From a virus (Duplodnaviria; Caudoviricetes), in the IMG/VR virus record IMGVR_UViG_2811995317_000003, positions 1 to 64,000 of that record: 64,000 bases of DNA. One strand, written 5' to 3'. Below, one piece after another: positions 1 to 9,066 of this stretch. Below the pieces are notes generated by a model. The model searched no databases. It saw only the letters and a list, made by a program, of their open reading frames with translations, and was not told the origin of the DNA. Every line of letters starts with the position of its first letter. The first letter of the stretch is position 1. The position numbers and the translations under genes are program-made.

Positions 1-1254
1 ATGCTGGAACAAATGGGCGCAGCCGCGAAGGCCGCCTCTTATAAACTGGCGCTCCTTTCCAGCCGTGAGAAAAACCGCGTGCTGGAAAAAATCGCTGATT
101 ATCTGGAATCGCAATCCGCTGAGATCCTGCGAGCCAACGAACAAGATTTAGCTGAGGCGCGTGAAAACGGCCTGAGCGAAGCGATGCTCGACCGCCTGGC
201 GCTGACGCCGGCGCGCCTGAAAGGCATCGCTGATGATGTCCGTCAGGTTTGTAATCTGGCTGACCCGGTAGGGCAGGTGATTGACGGTGGGCTGCTTGAC
301 AGCGGTTTGCGTCTGGAGCGTCGCCGCGTGCCGCTCGGCGTCATTGGTGTGATTTATGAAGCCCGTCCAAACGTGACGGTTGACGTCGCCTCTCTGTGCC
401 TGAAAACCGGTAACGCTGCCATTCTGCGCGGCGGAAAAGAGACCTGGCGCACCAACGCCGCGACGGTAAACGTCATTCAGCAGGCGCTGGAAGAGTGTGG
501 CTTACCGGCGGGAGCCGTGCAGGCGATCGAGAGCCCAGACCGTGCGCTGGTCAACGAAATGCTGCGCATGGATAAATACATCGACATGTTAATCCCACGC
601 GGTGGCGCAGGTCTGCACAAGCTGTGCCGTGAACAGTCCACTATTCCGGTCATTACAGGCGGTATCGGCGTATGCCATATCGTTGTCGATGACAGCGCAG
701 AGATTGCCCCGGCGCTGAAGATTATCGTTAACGCCAAAACTCAGCGTCCAAGTACCTGTAACACCGTGGAAACGCTGCTGGTGCATCAGGGTATTGCAAA
801 TACCTTCCTCCCGGCGCTGAGCAAACAGATGGCGGAGAGCGGCGTAACGCTGCACGCGGATGCCAATGCGCTCACACTGCTCCAGGATGGCCCGGCTAAG
901 GTAGTGCCAGTCAAAGCGGAGCAGTACGATGACGAGTTCCTGTCGCTGGATCTGAACGTGAAGATTGTTAGCGATCTCGATGACGCGATTGCCCACATCC
1001 GTGAGCATGGTACCCAGCATTCTGACGCGATCCTGACGCGTACGCTGCGCAATGCCGATCGCTTCGTGAACGAAGTGGACTCCTCTGCGGTGTATGTCAA
1101 CGCCTCAACGCGCTTCACCGACGGTGGCCAGTTTGGACTTGGCGCAGAAGTGGCGGTCAGCACGCAGAAACTGCACGCGCGCGGTCCGATGGGCCTCGAA
1201 GCTCTGACCACGTACAAGTGGATCGGCTTCGGTGACGATACAATTCGTGCGTAA
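1..1254 (+). CDS. proA: gamma-glutamyl phosphate reductase
   Basis: 417 aa; motifs [48 protein letters not shown]; canonical neighbour of thrW. Confidence 0.98.
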   Translation: MLEQMGAAAKAASYKLALLSSREKNRVLEKIADYLESQSAEILRANEQDLAEARENGLSEAMLDRLALTPARLKGIADDVRQVCNLADPVGQVIDGGLLDSGLRLERRRVPLGVIGVIYEARPNVTVDVASLCLKTGNAAILRGGKETWRTNAATVNVIQQALEECGLPAGAVQAIESPDRALVNEMLRMDKYIDMLIPRGGAGLHKLCREQSTIPVITGGIGVCHIVVDDSAEIAPALKIIVNAKTQRPSTCNTVETLLVHQGIANTFLPALSKQMAESGVTLHADANALTLLQDGPAKVVPVKAEQYDDEFLSLDLNVKIVSDLDDAIAHIREHGTQHSDAILTRTLRNADRFVNEVDSSAVYVNASTRFTDGGQFGLGAEVAVSTQKLHARGPMGLEALTTYKWIGFGDDTIRA

Positions 1255-1299
1255 ATAATCACGGGTGATGCAAAAATAGCCGTTTGATTTAAAAGGGCA

Positions 1300-1328
1300 T
1301 TGACGCATCACCCGGTTAGATCTAACCT
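1300..1328 (+). promoter_or_regulatory. sigma70 promoter of thrW
   Basis: TTGACG (1300-1305), 17 nt spacer, TAACCT (1323-1328) upstream of the tRNA. Confidence 0.7.
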
Positions 1329-1365
1329 TTTGCCCCGTGGTTACACTCGTAACCGGCCTCTCAGG

Positions 1366-1441
1366 GCCGATATAGCTCAGTTGGTAGAGCAGCGCATTCG
1401 TAATGCGAAGGTCGGAGGTTCGACTCCTCTTATCGGCACCA
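1366..1441 (+). tRNA. thrW: tRNA-Thr(CGT); 3' half supplied by prophage 1
   Basis: 76 nt GCCGATATAGCTCAG...TTCGTAA...TTCGACT...TATCGGCACCA; full cloverleaf, anticodon CGT. Confidence 0.97.
1396..1441 (+). repeat. attL core of prophage 1 (46-bp direct repeat)
   Basis: matches 41720-41765 at 44/46 positions; begins in the anticodon arm (ATTCGTAA). Confidence 0.95.
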
Positions 1442-1455
1442 CTAACCACGCGGGT

Positions 1456-2619
1456 TCACGCGATATTAACCAGTTCAGCAAAAGCGCCTTGTGCCATATT
1501 TGTGCCATTCCCCGCCAGGAATGAGTCGATTTGCATGGCATGCTGCGTCAGGTGATTCGGTGCCAGATGAGCATAACGCTGCACCATCTCGATACTTTCC
1601 CACCCGCCCATTTCCTGTAGCGCACTGAGTGGAACGCCGGACTGTACAAGCCAGCTTGCCCAGGTGTGCCGCAGGTCATGGAAGCGAAAATTTTCTATTC
1701 CCGCCCGCCTTAACGCTGCGCGCCATGCCGTGTTAGCATCAGACCGCATTTTGCGCACCGCCTTTGTTCTCGTTCCATCCGGGCGAACGGATGATTCAGT
1801 GTGAACAAAGACCCACCGGTTATGTTTCCCCAGTTGCTCCCGCAGCACCTTACAGGCCGATTCGTTCAGGGCGACCCCAATCGCCCTTCCTGCTTTCGCG
1901 TCCTCGGGGTGAATCCACGCAACCTTCCTCTGCATATCAATTTGCGACCACTCCAGATCAGTGATGTTTGACCTGCGCAGCCCTGTCGCCAGTGCAAAAA
2001 TAACAACTGGCTTCATGTGCTCGGGAAGCTCCCGGATCAGGTTCGCCGCCTCCTCTTTGGTTAGCCAGCGAATACGCTTATTTTTCGGCACCGGGCATTT
2101 GATGTTCGGCGCTTTGGCTATCCATCGCCATTCGTTGGCCGCGCATCGTAATAGCGCCCGGATGAAAGCAAGGTGCGTCGCCTTCGTCGCCAGCGACGCT
2201 GGTTTATCCTTAAATTCAGGAACCGGCTTACCTCTTCGCAGCAGGCTGTCCCGTTTAGCCTCCCAGTTCATTCGATGTTTGCGATTAACCATCGAACTCA
2301 CCGCCGACAAGATCCTGTCTTCAGTGATTGCTGACAGGTCCATTCCTTTGAAGTGCATCCTCCAGAATCCGATCCGGCTTTTGTCATCGTCCAGGCTTTT
2401 CTTGTGCTGCTTTTCGTTAAGCCAGCGAACGCACGCTTCATCGAACGTTCGCGGCTTAAACTCCCCCATCTTATCAACTCGCCATGCTTCAGCTTTCAGC
2501 TGATCATAGAGCTCCTGCGCTTGCCTTTTGTCCGTTGTCCCAAGAGACCGTCTAATTCGACTTCCACCAGGCGTAACGAAGTCGCAGTGCCACGTACCGG
2601 CACGTTGTTTGATTGACAT
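1456..2619 (-). CDS. int: tyrosine integrase (P22 family)
   Basis: 387 aa; [26 protein letters not shown] catalytic motifs; adjacent to attL. Confidence 0.97.
   Translation of the reverse strand: MSIKQRAGTWHCDFVTPGGSRIRRSLGTTDKRQAQELYDQLKAEAWRVDKMGEFKPRTFDEACVRWLNEKQHKKSLDDDKSRIGFWRMHFKGMDLSAITEDRILSAVSSMVNRKHRMNWEAKRDSLLRRGKPVPEFKDKPASLATKATHLAFIRALLRCAANEWRWIAKAPNIKCPVPKNKRIRWLTKEEAANLIRELPEHMKPVVIFALATGLRRSNITDLEWSQIDMQRKVAWIHPEDAKAGRAIGVALNESACKVLREQLGKHNRWVFVHTESSVRPDGTRTKAVRKMRSDANTAWRAALRRAGIENFRFHDLRHTWASWLVQSGVPLSALQEMGGWESIEMVQRYAHLAPNHLTQHAMQIDSFLAGNGTNMAQGAFAELVNIA
1489..1508 (+). repeat. putative arm-type Int site pair TTGTGCCAT x2, 11-bp spacing
   Basis: 1489-1497 and 1500-1508; same pair at 41595-41614 on the other att arm. 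Confidence 0.65.
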
Positions 2620-2843
2620 GCTTTTTCCTCCTGCACATCAACCGCATTCACGGGTTGATTGTGGATCGGGTTCTTCACTGCCGCAATACAGTCTGTTTTG
2701 CAGATCAGGTATGGGCTTTTTTTCTTATGTGGATTTTTTCGGGTAGCAGCCAGGCGACCGGACTTTATCCACTGGGCAATCGTGCCTTTATCCACTTTTA
2801 GGAAGGCGGCGGCCTCATCTCTGGTAAATACTTCTTCTTCCAT
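2496..2843 (-). CDS. xis: excisionase (HTH), overlapping int start
   Basis: [31 protein letters not shown]; same 124-nt overlap with int as in prophage 2. Confidence 0.85.
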   Translation of the reverse strand: MEEEVFTRDEAAAFLKVDKGTIAQWIKSGRLAATRKNPHKKKSPYLICKTDCIAAVKNPIHNQPVNAVDVQEEKACQSNNVPVRGTATSLRLVEVELDGLLGQRTKGKRRSSMIS

Positions 2844-2884
2844 CGATGTTCTCCAGTGGCCCCAGCCGGGGCCGTCATTGTTAT

Positions 2885-3130
2885 TCAGTGTGCCTGTGCT
2901 GGCAGGTTTCGAAGTTTACGAACGCCGATCATTGCTGTGGCGACATAGCTGGTGGCCCGGTTGACGACTTCGACGGTGACCTTCATGCCATCCACCTCAA
3001 CGGTGTAATTTGTCTGGTGTTTCTGCCTGCCGTAATCGCCATATTTTGCGTGGTGCGCCGCCAGCGCAACATCGCAAGCGCGGCGACCAATAGGTGATTG
3101 CTTACTGCGATTAATCAGCTTCATCATCAC
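2885..3130 (-). CDS. conserved phage protein (DUF4060-like)
   Basis: 81 aa in early left operon, coupled to dam. Confidence 0.6.
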   Translation of the reverse strand: MMMKLINRSKQSPIGRRACDVALAAHHAKYGDYGRQKHQTNYTVEVDGMKVTVEVVNRATSYVATAMIGVRKLRNLPAQAH

Positions 3131-3999
3131 TGCACTCCCAAAGTGGCTACGACATCACTCGCTGTTTCGCGGGTGCTGCCTTTGCTGGATATAGCCCGGC
3201 GAGCACTGACGCGGTGCAGCGTGAAGCCGTGCTGTTCGTAAAGTTCAATTACGCGCGGTGCGGTAGAATTGCTGATCACCACTTTCGCCCCCCGCTGGTG
3301 GGCTGCCACACAGCTTTCCGCAAGCTCTACCTGGCTATCCCATGAGAACCCACCAGCCGCGTAGTTAGTGAAACCAGCGGTGCCGGGAAGCGGTTCATAG
3401 GGCGGATCGCAGTAAACGACGTCACCATCACCAGCCAGTGCTAGCGTGCGCCTGAAGCCTGCATTCATGAATACGCATGCGTGAGATTTCCGCTTAAATG
3501 CCTTGATCTCTTCTTCCGGGAAATATGGCGCTTTATATTTCCCAAAGCCGACGTTAAAAAAACCGTCCAGGTTATAGCGAATCAGGCCGTTAAAGCAGTG
3601 CCGATTGAGGTAAAGGAATGCTGCTGCACGCTCGACCGCATCCAGCCGCTGCGTGTTGAATGCTTCACGAATTACCGTGTAGTTTTCGGCATCATTCAGA
3701 TGCCTGAATGCCTTCATTGCCTCATAGATCACTGAATCGGGGACCACCGCCAGCATCTGATACAGGTTAATCAGGTCAGCGTTGACGTCAGCCAGAAGGA
3801 AGCGTTCGTGCTTGTCTGAGTTAAGGAACACCGAGCCGCCACCCACAAAAGGCTCAATGAGTCGCTTTCCTGCGGGGATCAGGCGATCCAGTTCCGGCAG
3901 CAGCGAATATTTGCCGCCAGCCCATTTAAGGAATGGGCGCTGCCAAGTGCGCGGCTCTGTTTCCGTTTCTTGGCGCGATATCTCCGCACAATCACTCAT
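3127..3999 (-). CDS. dam: DNA adenine methylase, Dam/D12 family
   Basis: PFLKWAGGK, EPFVGGGSV, VYCDPPY motifs. Confidence 0.93.
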   Translation of the reverse strand: MSDCAEISRQETETEPRTWQRPFLKWAGGKYSLLPELDRLIPAGKRLIEPFVGGGSVFLNSDKHERFLLADVNADLINLYQMLAVVPDSVIYEAMKAFRHLNDAENYTVIREAFNTQRLDAVERAAAFLYLNRHCFNGLIRYNLDGFFNVGFGKYKAPYFPEEEIKAFKRKSHACVFMNAGFRRTLALAGDGDVVYCDPPYEPLPGTAGFTNYAAGGFSWDSQVELAESCVAAHQRGAKVVISNSTAPRVIELYEQHGFTLHRVSARRAISSKGSTRETASDVVATLGVQ

Positions 4000-4154
4000 G
4001 CTGCCACCTGCTTTTCGTTAAGTTCTTCAGCCAGTCGTTGCGCCTTCAGTGGGTTGGTAACGACTTCACCCCACGGCAGCAACCATCCGTTTTTCTCTTT
4101 GAGCCAGGGAAGGCGCACCGCGCCAACCCTGATTTCGTCCTGCGCGTGCGTCAT
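3996..4154 (-). CDS. small phage protein, 52 aa (DUF1317-like)
   Basis: MTHAQDEIRVGAVRLPWLKEKNGWLLPWG...; ATGA-coupled at both ends; not in ORF track. Confidence 0.65.
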   Translation of the reverse strand: MTHAQDEIRVGAVRLPWLKEKNGWLLPWGEVVTNPLKAQRLAEELNEKQVAA

Positions 4155-4882
4155 AGCGCATAGATAGAGTGAGAAGGAAACGGAAGACCGATCGGCGCAA
4201 ACGGGATATCGTCGTCAAAGTCTACCGGTGGCTGACCGCTGTTCTGCTGCAAGCGAGACTGTGGTGCGCCACTAGTCTGATTTGCATAAGGGTTACCGCC
4301 ATGTTGGGCATTGCGCGGACCGGAGAACTGCGCGCCGCCGTGGATACGTTCGTCCTTATCCTTCATCGACAGTTCAAGCGCGGCGATCGCTTCTGCTGGG
4401 GCATTCTCAGCGTGCTCAGCGTAGGTCTTACGCGTTCCCGGCTGGAAAACGTGGCGCACTTCGAACTTGTAGCCGTCGCCGCCGTCGTTTTTGGTGTACA
4501 GCACCTTCTGAAGGAACAGGCCCACCTTTTTGCCAACCAGTGCCGGGCAGTGCCATTCGATGCCGTTTTGACCCTGTACCTGCTGCGGTTGCGCCTGTTT
4601 TACCTGGGCGACCCACATCAGCGCTGATACTAGCCCCATGCCGAACGTCTGCTGGCCGTCTTTACCGAGGAAGTTAATGCGCAGGAAATTCGCCTTTAGC
4701 CCGTTGGAATCCAGGCTCAGTTCGAGCGCCTGGGACTGGCTGCCATCTTTCCCGAAGGTGTACACCGCAGAAACGATTTCGCCCTCGTAAGCGCCGGTTT
4801 CGCTGATCCCGCCTGTTGCGCCAGCTTTCTTCGCCATTTCAGCCGTTTCGTTGTTCCACATAAAAGTCATTGGTTGGTTCAT
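4151..4882 (-). CDS. phage single-stranded DNA-binding protein-like
   Basis: Q/G-rich linker and DFDDDIPF motif near C-terminus; directly downstream of Sak4-like ATPase. Confidence 0.7.
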   Translation of the reverse strand: MNQPMTFMWNNETAEMAKKAGATGGISETGAYEGEIVSAVYTFGKDGSQSQALELSLDSNGLKANFLRINFLGKDGQQTFGMGLVSALMWVAQVKQAQPQQVQGQNGIEWHCPALVGKKVGLFLQKVLYTKNDGGDGYKFEVRHVFQPGTRKTYAEHAENAPAEAIAALELSMKDKDERIHGGAQFSGPRNAQHGGNPYANQTSGAPQSRLQQNSGQPPVDFDDDIPFAPIGLPFPSHSIYAL

Positions 4883-4898
4883 CGTTAAATCCTCAAAG

Positions 4899-5570
4899 TT
4901 ACAATTCGGTCATAAATTCGGTGATAGCCACGTCTACGGCGTGGAGGTCGTTGTCCATTTCCGTCTGGTCCGGGAACAGGTCGGGCGGCGCTTTGGCGGT
5001 GTCGTTGTCATCGCCTTTGATGAGAAAAACGTGTTTTCCGTCCTTCTTGATGGCGCGCAGCACGATGGAGAAATAGCCCTCTGGCGTCAGCTTTTCGTTG
5101 AGCATCTTCCCGGTGGTCTTCATGCGGATCTTTCCCTCGGTCTCTTCGGTGTGAGCCAGGAAATAAACGCGGAAGTCGTCCGGCAGCTCGGTGGCCGCCA
5201 TGATGATTCGCCAGATGTGATCTGCCATTTCGGTGAACTTGGCATAGCCGGTCTGGTACGCGCGGTTCATGTTTTCGTGCTGCATGACCACCTGGAAATC
5301 GTCGATGATCAGGACGCGGCGCGTTTTCGACTGCACCATGCGATAGATGGTGTCCAGCACCGTTTCCCAGTTATCCGAGCGCAGAACGTTACCGCGCTGT
5401 TTGCTTCCGTCTGGCAGCAGCTTGCCGTGAAGTTTCCAGCCCGCAGACTTGAACGGCAGCATTTTGGGGATGCACTGGAGCAGCATCACATCGTCCGGAT
5501 TGAAGTTGCGCAGGCTGTAGGACTTGCCCGCGCCAGAATCACCGAGGATCAGCACTGGAGTACCCATCAT
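4899..5570 (-). CDS. Sak4-like AAA recombination ATPase
   Basis: Walker A GDSGAGKS, Walker B VLIIDD; exonuclease-ATPase-SSB synteny. Confidence 0.8.
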   Translation of the reverse strand: MMGTPVLILGDSGAGKSYSLRNFNPDDVMLLQCIPKMLPFKSAGWKLHGKLLPDGSKQRGNVLRSDNWETVLDTIYRMVQSKTRRVLIIDDFQVVMQHENMNRAYQTGYAKFTEMADHIWRIIMAATELPDDFRVYFLAHTEETEGKIRMKTTGKMLNEKLTPEGYFSIVLRAIKKDGKHVFLIKGDDNDTAKAPPDLFPDQTEMDNDLHAVDVAITEFMTEL

Positions 5571-6238
5571 TTACCCCCGTTCAGCCAGTGTTCAGCCGTA
5601 AACAGCACGTCTTCGTCGTCGCTGTTGGCAACGAGCCAGCGCAGGTAACCCGGTTCTGTTTTTGCCAGCTCAGCGAACGAGACGCCTTTATGCTTACCGA
5701 AGCGGAGCGCATGTAGCAGGGAAGGGTTATTGGAGATGGCGCGCATTTCGCCAATCGTCCATTTCGCCAGGCGGCCCATATAGAGCAGCAATTCGGCGGT
5801 GACGTAGCAGTCATACAGCGCTCGGTGAGCGTAAAGCCCTTCAGGTACTTCCGGTTTCAGCCCGAGGCTGTAACGCAGGTACTGGTTGCTGTGGCTCTTG
5901 TGCTCCGGCAGGAGCGAACGCGCCAGCTTGGCGGTGCAGATCCACGGCGCATCAATCTGCGGCAGTTTGGATTTGTCGAACTTCGCGTTGTGGGCGACGT
6001 AGGCATCAGCACCCAGATATCGGCCAATTACCTCACTGAGCAGCGGCGCGCCTTCCACCATATCTTCTGTGATATGGTGAATAGCCATGGCCTCAAAACC
6101 GATCGCCACGCCTGGCTTAACGAGGTCGCTCATTGGGTTGCAGATCACACCATCGACAATATCGACGCTGGCGATTTCCACCACGGTTTCCGGGCCGCCT
6201 TCCAGCCCAGTCGTTTCGGTATCAATGACACGCAGCAT
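5567..6238 (-). CDS. DEDDh 3'-5' exonuclease (ExoX-like)
   Basis: VIDTETTG, AHNAKFD, HRALYD, C-terminal LRFGKHKG; start reassigned to ATG 6238 with AGGGG RBS. Confidence 0.88.
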   Translation of the reverse strand: MLRVIDTETTGLEGGPETVVEIASVDIVDGVICNPMSDLVKPGVAIGFEAMAIHHITEDMVEGAPLLSEVIGRYLGADAYVAHNAKFDKSKLPQIDAPWICTAKLARSLLPEHKSHSNQYLRYSLGLKPEVPEGLYAHRALYDCYVTAELLLYMGRLAKWTIGEMRAISNNPSLLHALRFGKHKGVSFAELAKTEPGYLRWLVANSDDEDVLFTAEHWLNGGK

Positions 6239-6395
6239 TGTTAATCCCCTGTGTTCTGTAATCACAAACTGCATCGAAGTGCGCGAGCTGGTGGGCGATG
6301 GCCTCAAGGTCAGCTGGCGATAAGTGGTACATCAGGCACAGCAGCGCGATAAGGTTCATCGCCTGCTGCTGTTTGGTCGTAGCCTGCATATCCAT
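6222..6395 (-). CDS. small conserved phage hypothetical protein, 57 aa
   Basis: MDMQATTKQQQAMNLIALLCLMYHL...; RBS GAGGA; overlaps exonuclease start. Confidence 0.5.
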   Translation of the reverse strand: MDMQATTKQQQAMNLIALLCLMYHLSPADLEAIAHQLAHFDAVCDYRTQGINNAACH

Positions 6396-6468
6396 TCCTC
6401 TGAAAAAGGTTGTAAGAATCCCGGCACCATAATGGCTGCCTGTATTTGATTAATTGAAAATTTGCTTT

Positions 6469-7059
6469 TTAATTATCGAAGAAAAAAACTATTCGAATAT
6501 TTTCAGGGATAATATTTTTCTCTAACCACCATAATTCCAGAGCTCTGCTCTCCAGCGCTTCATGAATATTTTTTAAAGCATCTACCGTATCTTCCCATTC
6601 CCGGAAAACAAAGCCTGGCATGCTTGTCCACCCACACCATGAATCGGGTTTAATACCCTTATCAAGATCTGCCGCTTGTTTTTCTGAAATCATTCCTTTG
6701 AATGGCATTGGAGTAAGGTTGGTTCTGAACTCCCGAATTTCGGCAAGACTGACGTAACTGTGAGAATGTCCATCACACCCCCATTCTTCTGATACCTGCT
6801 TGGTGTAATCACAAGCATCGCCAGGTAAACCGCGTGGTTCGGATATCTTAGGCGTTTCGTCAGCGTATGCTCTTACTCCGCAGAGTTGGGAGAATGCTGC
6901 ATAATTACGAGAACTCTCTAAATCAATACGTTCAAATTCCCGTTCGCCATCGTCATTTCCATACCATGGATTTTTACGGAAATGATCATAATTAACCCAT
7001 TTTTCTTCACCGTTAATTGAGCGTTTAACCTCAACCATCATATGAATATCACAGCCCAT
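6469..7059 (-). CDS. hypothetical phage protein, AT-rich
   Basis: 196 aa with RBS; MGCDIH...RNY...LCGVR...PRGLP...HSHS motifs. Confidence 0.75.
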   Translation of the reverse strand: MGCDIHMMVEVKRSINGEEKWVNYDHFRKNPWYGNDDGEREFERIDLESSRNYAAFSQLCGVRAYADETPKISEPRGLPGDACDYTKQVSEEWGCDGHSHSYVSLAEIREFRTNLTPMPFKGMISEKQAADLDKGIKPDSWCGWTSMPGFVFREWEDTVDALKNIHEALESRALELWWLEKNIIPENIRIVFFFDN

Positions 7060-7098
7060 AGCTATTTCCTTTATAACTGATTGATAGTCAAAATACCG

Positions 7099-7371
7099 TT
7101 AAACTTGAGATTCACCGCAGAACGGGCAGAAACTCATTTTTACGTTGGTTTCCAGGCGGTTCAGGTTTTTAGCCATTTCGCCGTTTTTCTTTTTGGCCCG
7201 GTACGCCAGTTTGTATTTCAGCATCACAAACAGTTTGCCTTCGGAAAGAGAAAGAACCTGATTATCCCAACCGGTATCAAAAGTGCTTTCGCTTACTTCA
7301 GCACCTTCCGGAACTTTCTCTTTCAGTCGCGCTTCGATCTGAGCACCGACCTCATTAATGCAGTTGCACAT
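7099..7371 (-). CDS. hypothetical protein with terminal Cys pairs (possible Zn binding)
   Basis: MCNC...FCPFCG. Confidence 0.65.
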   Translation of the reverse strand: MCNCINEVGAQIEARLKEKVPEGAEVSESTFDTGWDNQVLSLSEGKLFVMLKYKLAYRAKKKNGEMAKNLNRLETNVKMSFCPFCGESQV

Positions 7372-7381
7372 CCCTTATCCC

Positions 7382-7579
7382 TCAAAATTTCGCGTCATAT
7401 CCTGCTGGTGTTTCGTCAGCGTGAATGATGCCTTCGACTGGATAGCAGTTCGTGATGCCCATTTGCTCACTCGCTGCCGCTTCACATTGCTGCTGATTGT
7501 CGAAAATACCGACGACAGCATCCTGGTAATCACCGTTCGTCATGGTGATAGTCAGCACTAATGCGTACAGGGCTCCCAT
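7382..7579 (-). CDS. DUF1482-like small phage protein
   Basis: YALVLTITM...QQCEAAA...NCYPVEGII. Confidence 0.6.
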   Translation of the reverse strand: MGALYALVLTITMTNGDYQDAVVGIFDNQQQCEAAASEQMGITNCYPVEGIIHADETPAGYDAKF

Positions 7580-7779
7580 CAGTGAGTCCCCGCAGGCACA
7601 AGATTTGGTTCGATGGTGCGTGAGGCATAAGGGCGGCGAATGTTGCGCAGGTTTCCCTGCGGTTCGTGCCAGTAGGTGCCGTCGCGGTAGTCATAGGAAA
7701 CCTGCCAGGCTGCGCCGGTGCGCTGATTCCGCATTGGTACTGCTTGACCGCTGTTTGGTATTGCGTGGTTAGCTTTCAT
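7579..7779 (-). CDS. first gene of pL operon, hypothetical
   Basis: 66 aa with GGGG RBS; coupled to next gene. Confidence 0.6.
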   Translation of the reverse strand: MKANHAIPNSGQAVPMRNQRTGAAWQVSYDYRDGTYWHEPQGNLRNIRRPYASRTIEPNLVPAGTH

Positions 7780-7858
7780 CTCATCCCCTTGCCGTCTTCC
7801 CGGCTGCCAGAACTTTTACCCGGGCATTCGCGTTTGAATGCGTTGTTTGGATGAGATG

Positions 7859-7901
7859 ATTATTAACCGATGGTTATTTTTGGTCAATAACCGATGGTTA
7901 A
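7859..7901 (-). promoter_or_regulatory. pL and oL of prophage 1
   Basis: TTGACC-N17-AATAAT on minus strand; operators TTAACCGATGGTTAT (7863-7877) and ATAACCGATGGTTAA (7887-7901). Confidence 0.75.
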
Positions 7902-7997
7902 TTATTTTGGCGATAGTTAATAACTAACTGAAATGTGGGTTAATTTAGTTTTTAAAAACTGCGTGGTATGATTAAAAAAACAGCTATGGAGGTGTTT

Positions 7998-8195
7998 ATG
8001 GAATTCAATGAAGAGCGCGCAGGCATGATCTCTAGCGCCATCGGTTTGGCTGTGGTTAATCTTGTTGCCTTTGGTGTCCCTATTAACAGAGATAATTTGG
8101 TCGACGAACTTGAACGGGTAAGGCGTGAAACCGGGAACGTGATCGGGAAGGGGGTTAATCGAGATGCTGCTGAGATCGTTAGAAAAGGGATATAA
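7998..8195 (+). CDS. small helical protein, putative AriR/YmgB-like
   Basis: 65 aa; GGAGGT RBS; extended -10 TGnTATGAT at 7964-7972; converges on cI. Confidence 0.7.
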   Translation: MEFNEERAGMISSAIGLAVVNLVAFGVPINRDNLVDELERVRRETGNVIGKGVNRDAAEIVRKGI

Positions 8196-8220
8196 AAAAT
8201 CCGGCTCAGTGGCCGGATTA
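8196..8220. terminator. hairpin between convergent genes
   Basis: AAAAAATCCGGC-TCAGTG-GCCGGATT. Confidence 0.6.
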
Positions 8221-8223
8221 TGT

Positions 8224-8994
8224 CTATCTACGGTAACGCAAAACAGAGTACCAGAACACAAACCCGATGATTTCGACGTCACTTTCGTTTGCCTCTTCAT
8301 CGTCGTATTCACGATTGATGCTACGGATTAACACCTTTCCGCCAGGCTTGCGGTAAAGCTGTTTGATTCGCTTTAAATCGCCCTGGTTGATGGCGTACAA
8401 CTCACCGTCAACGATTCGTTTATTTCCGGTGTCAACTGCAACGGTTGCACCATCAGGAATTACTGGTTCCATGCTATCACCGGAAGCCGGGAAACACAGG
8501 ACACCAGAACCGTCAGTGCTGGCACCTACGCGCCGTAAAGTTGCTTTGGAAAAACGTAGCTTGAAACCGTTGTAATCTTCATCCGTGACGCGCCCATCCC
8601 CGCAGGCAAATTCGATATCCTTCAAGAACGGCACTTCAACCTCATCTTCTGGTAGAGGGGTATTTCTATCCCAAGATTCGACTGTACCCCACTCACTTAC
8701 GGGGGGGAGAGCATCATCAGACAATCGTTTTTCAGCGAGTTTTTCGCCTCGCCCATACTCAAGCCACTCTGGAGAAACCCCAAGCCATTTACTTAGAGCC
8801 ATGATGTTTGTCATGTCTGGGATTGCTGCGCCGTTAAGCCATTTCCAGATCCCAGGCTCAGAAACATCAATGCCTTGAGCTTTTAATGCGCTACGAATCC
8901 TGCCTGCGAGCCCACGCCCACCCACACCAGCATCAAGACACGCAGTGTGTAGTCGTTTGGAGAACTCTTCTTTTAAATCTTCTTTTTTAACCAT
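8224..8994 (-). CDS. cI: CI repressor (HTH plus S24 peptidase)
   Basis: HTH with WKWLNG; CG cleavage region, SGDSMEP catalytic Ser, IKQL region. Confidence 0.93.
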   Translation of the reverse strand: MVKKEDLKEEFSKRLHTACLDAGVGGRGLAGRIRSALKAQGIDVSEPGIWKWLNGAAIPDMTNIMALSKWLGVSPEWLEYGRGEKLAEKRLSDDALPPVSEWGTVESWDRNTPLPEDEVEVPFLKDIEFACGDGRVTDEDYNGFKLRFSKATLRRVGASTDGSGVLCFPASGDSMEPVIPDGATVAVDTGNKRIVDGELYAINQGDLKRIKQLYRKPGGKVLIRSINREYDDEEANESDVEIIGFVFWYSVLRYRR

Positions 8995-9058
8995 GCGTTA
9001 ATTATCGAATAGAGTTGACATAACTGTCAGTTAAGAATTAATCTTAACCCGTAGTTAA
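8987..9058 (+). promoter_or_regulatory. oR (three 15-bp operators) and pR of prophage 1
   Basis: TTAACCATGCGTTAA 8987-9001 (covers cI ATG), ATAACTGTCAGTTAA 9020-9034, TTAACCCGTAGTTAA 9044-9058; TTGACA at 9015. Confidence 0.8.
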
Positions 9059-9066
9059 TTTGGTTA

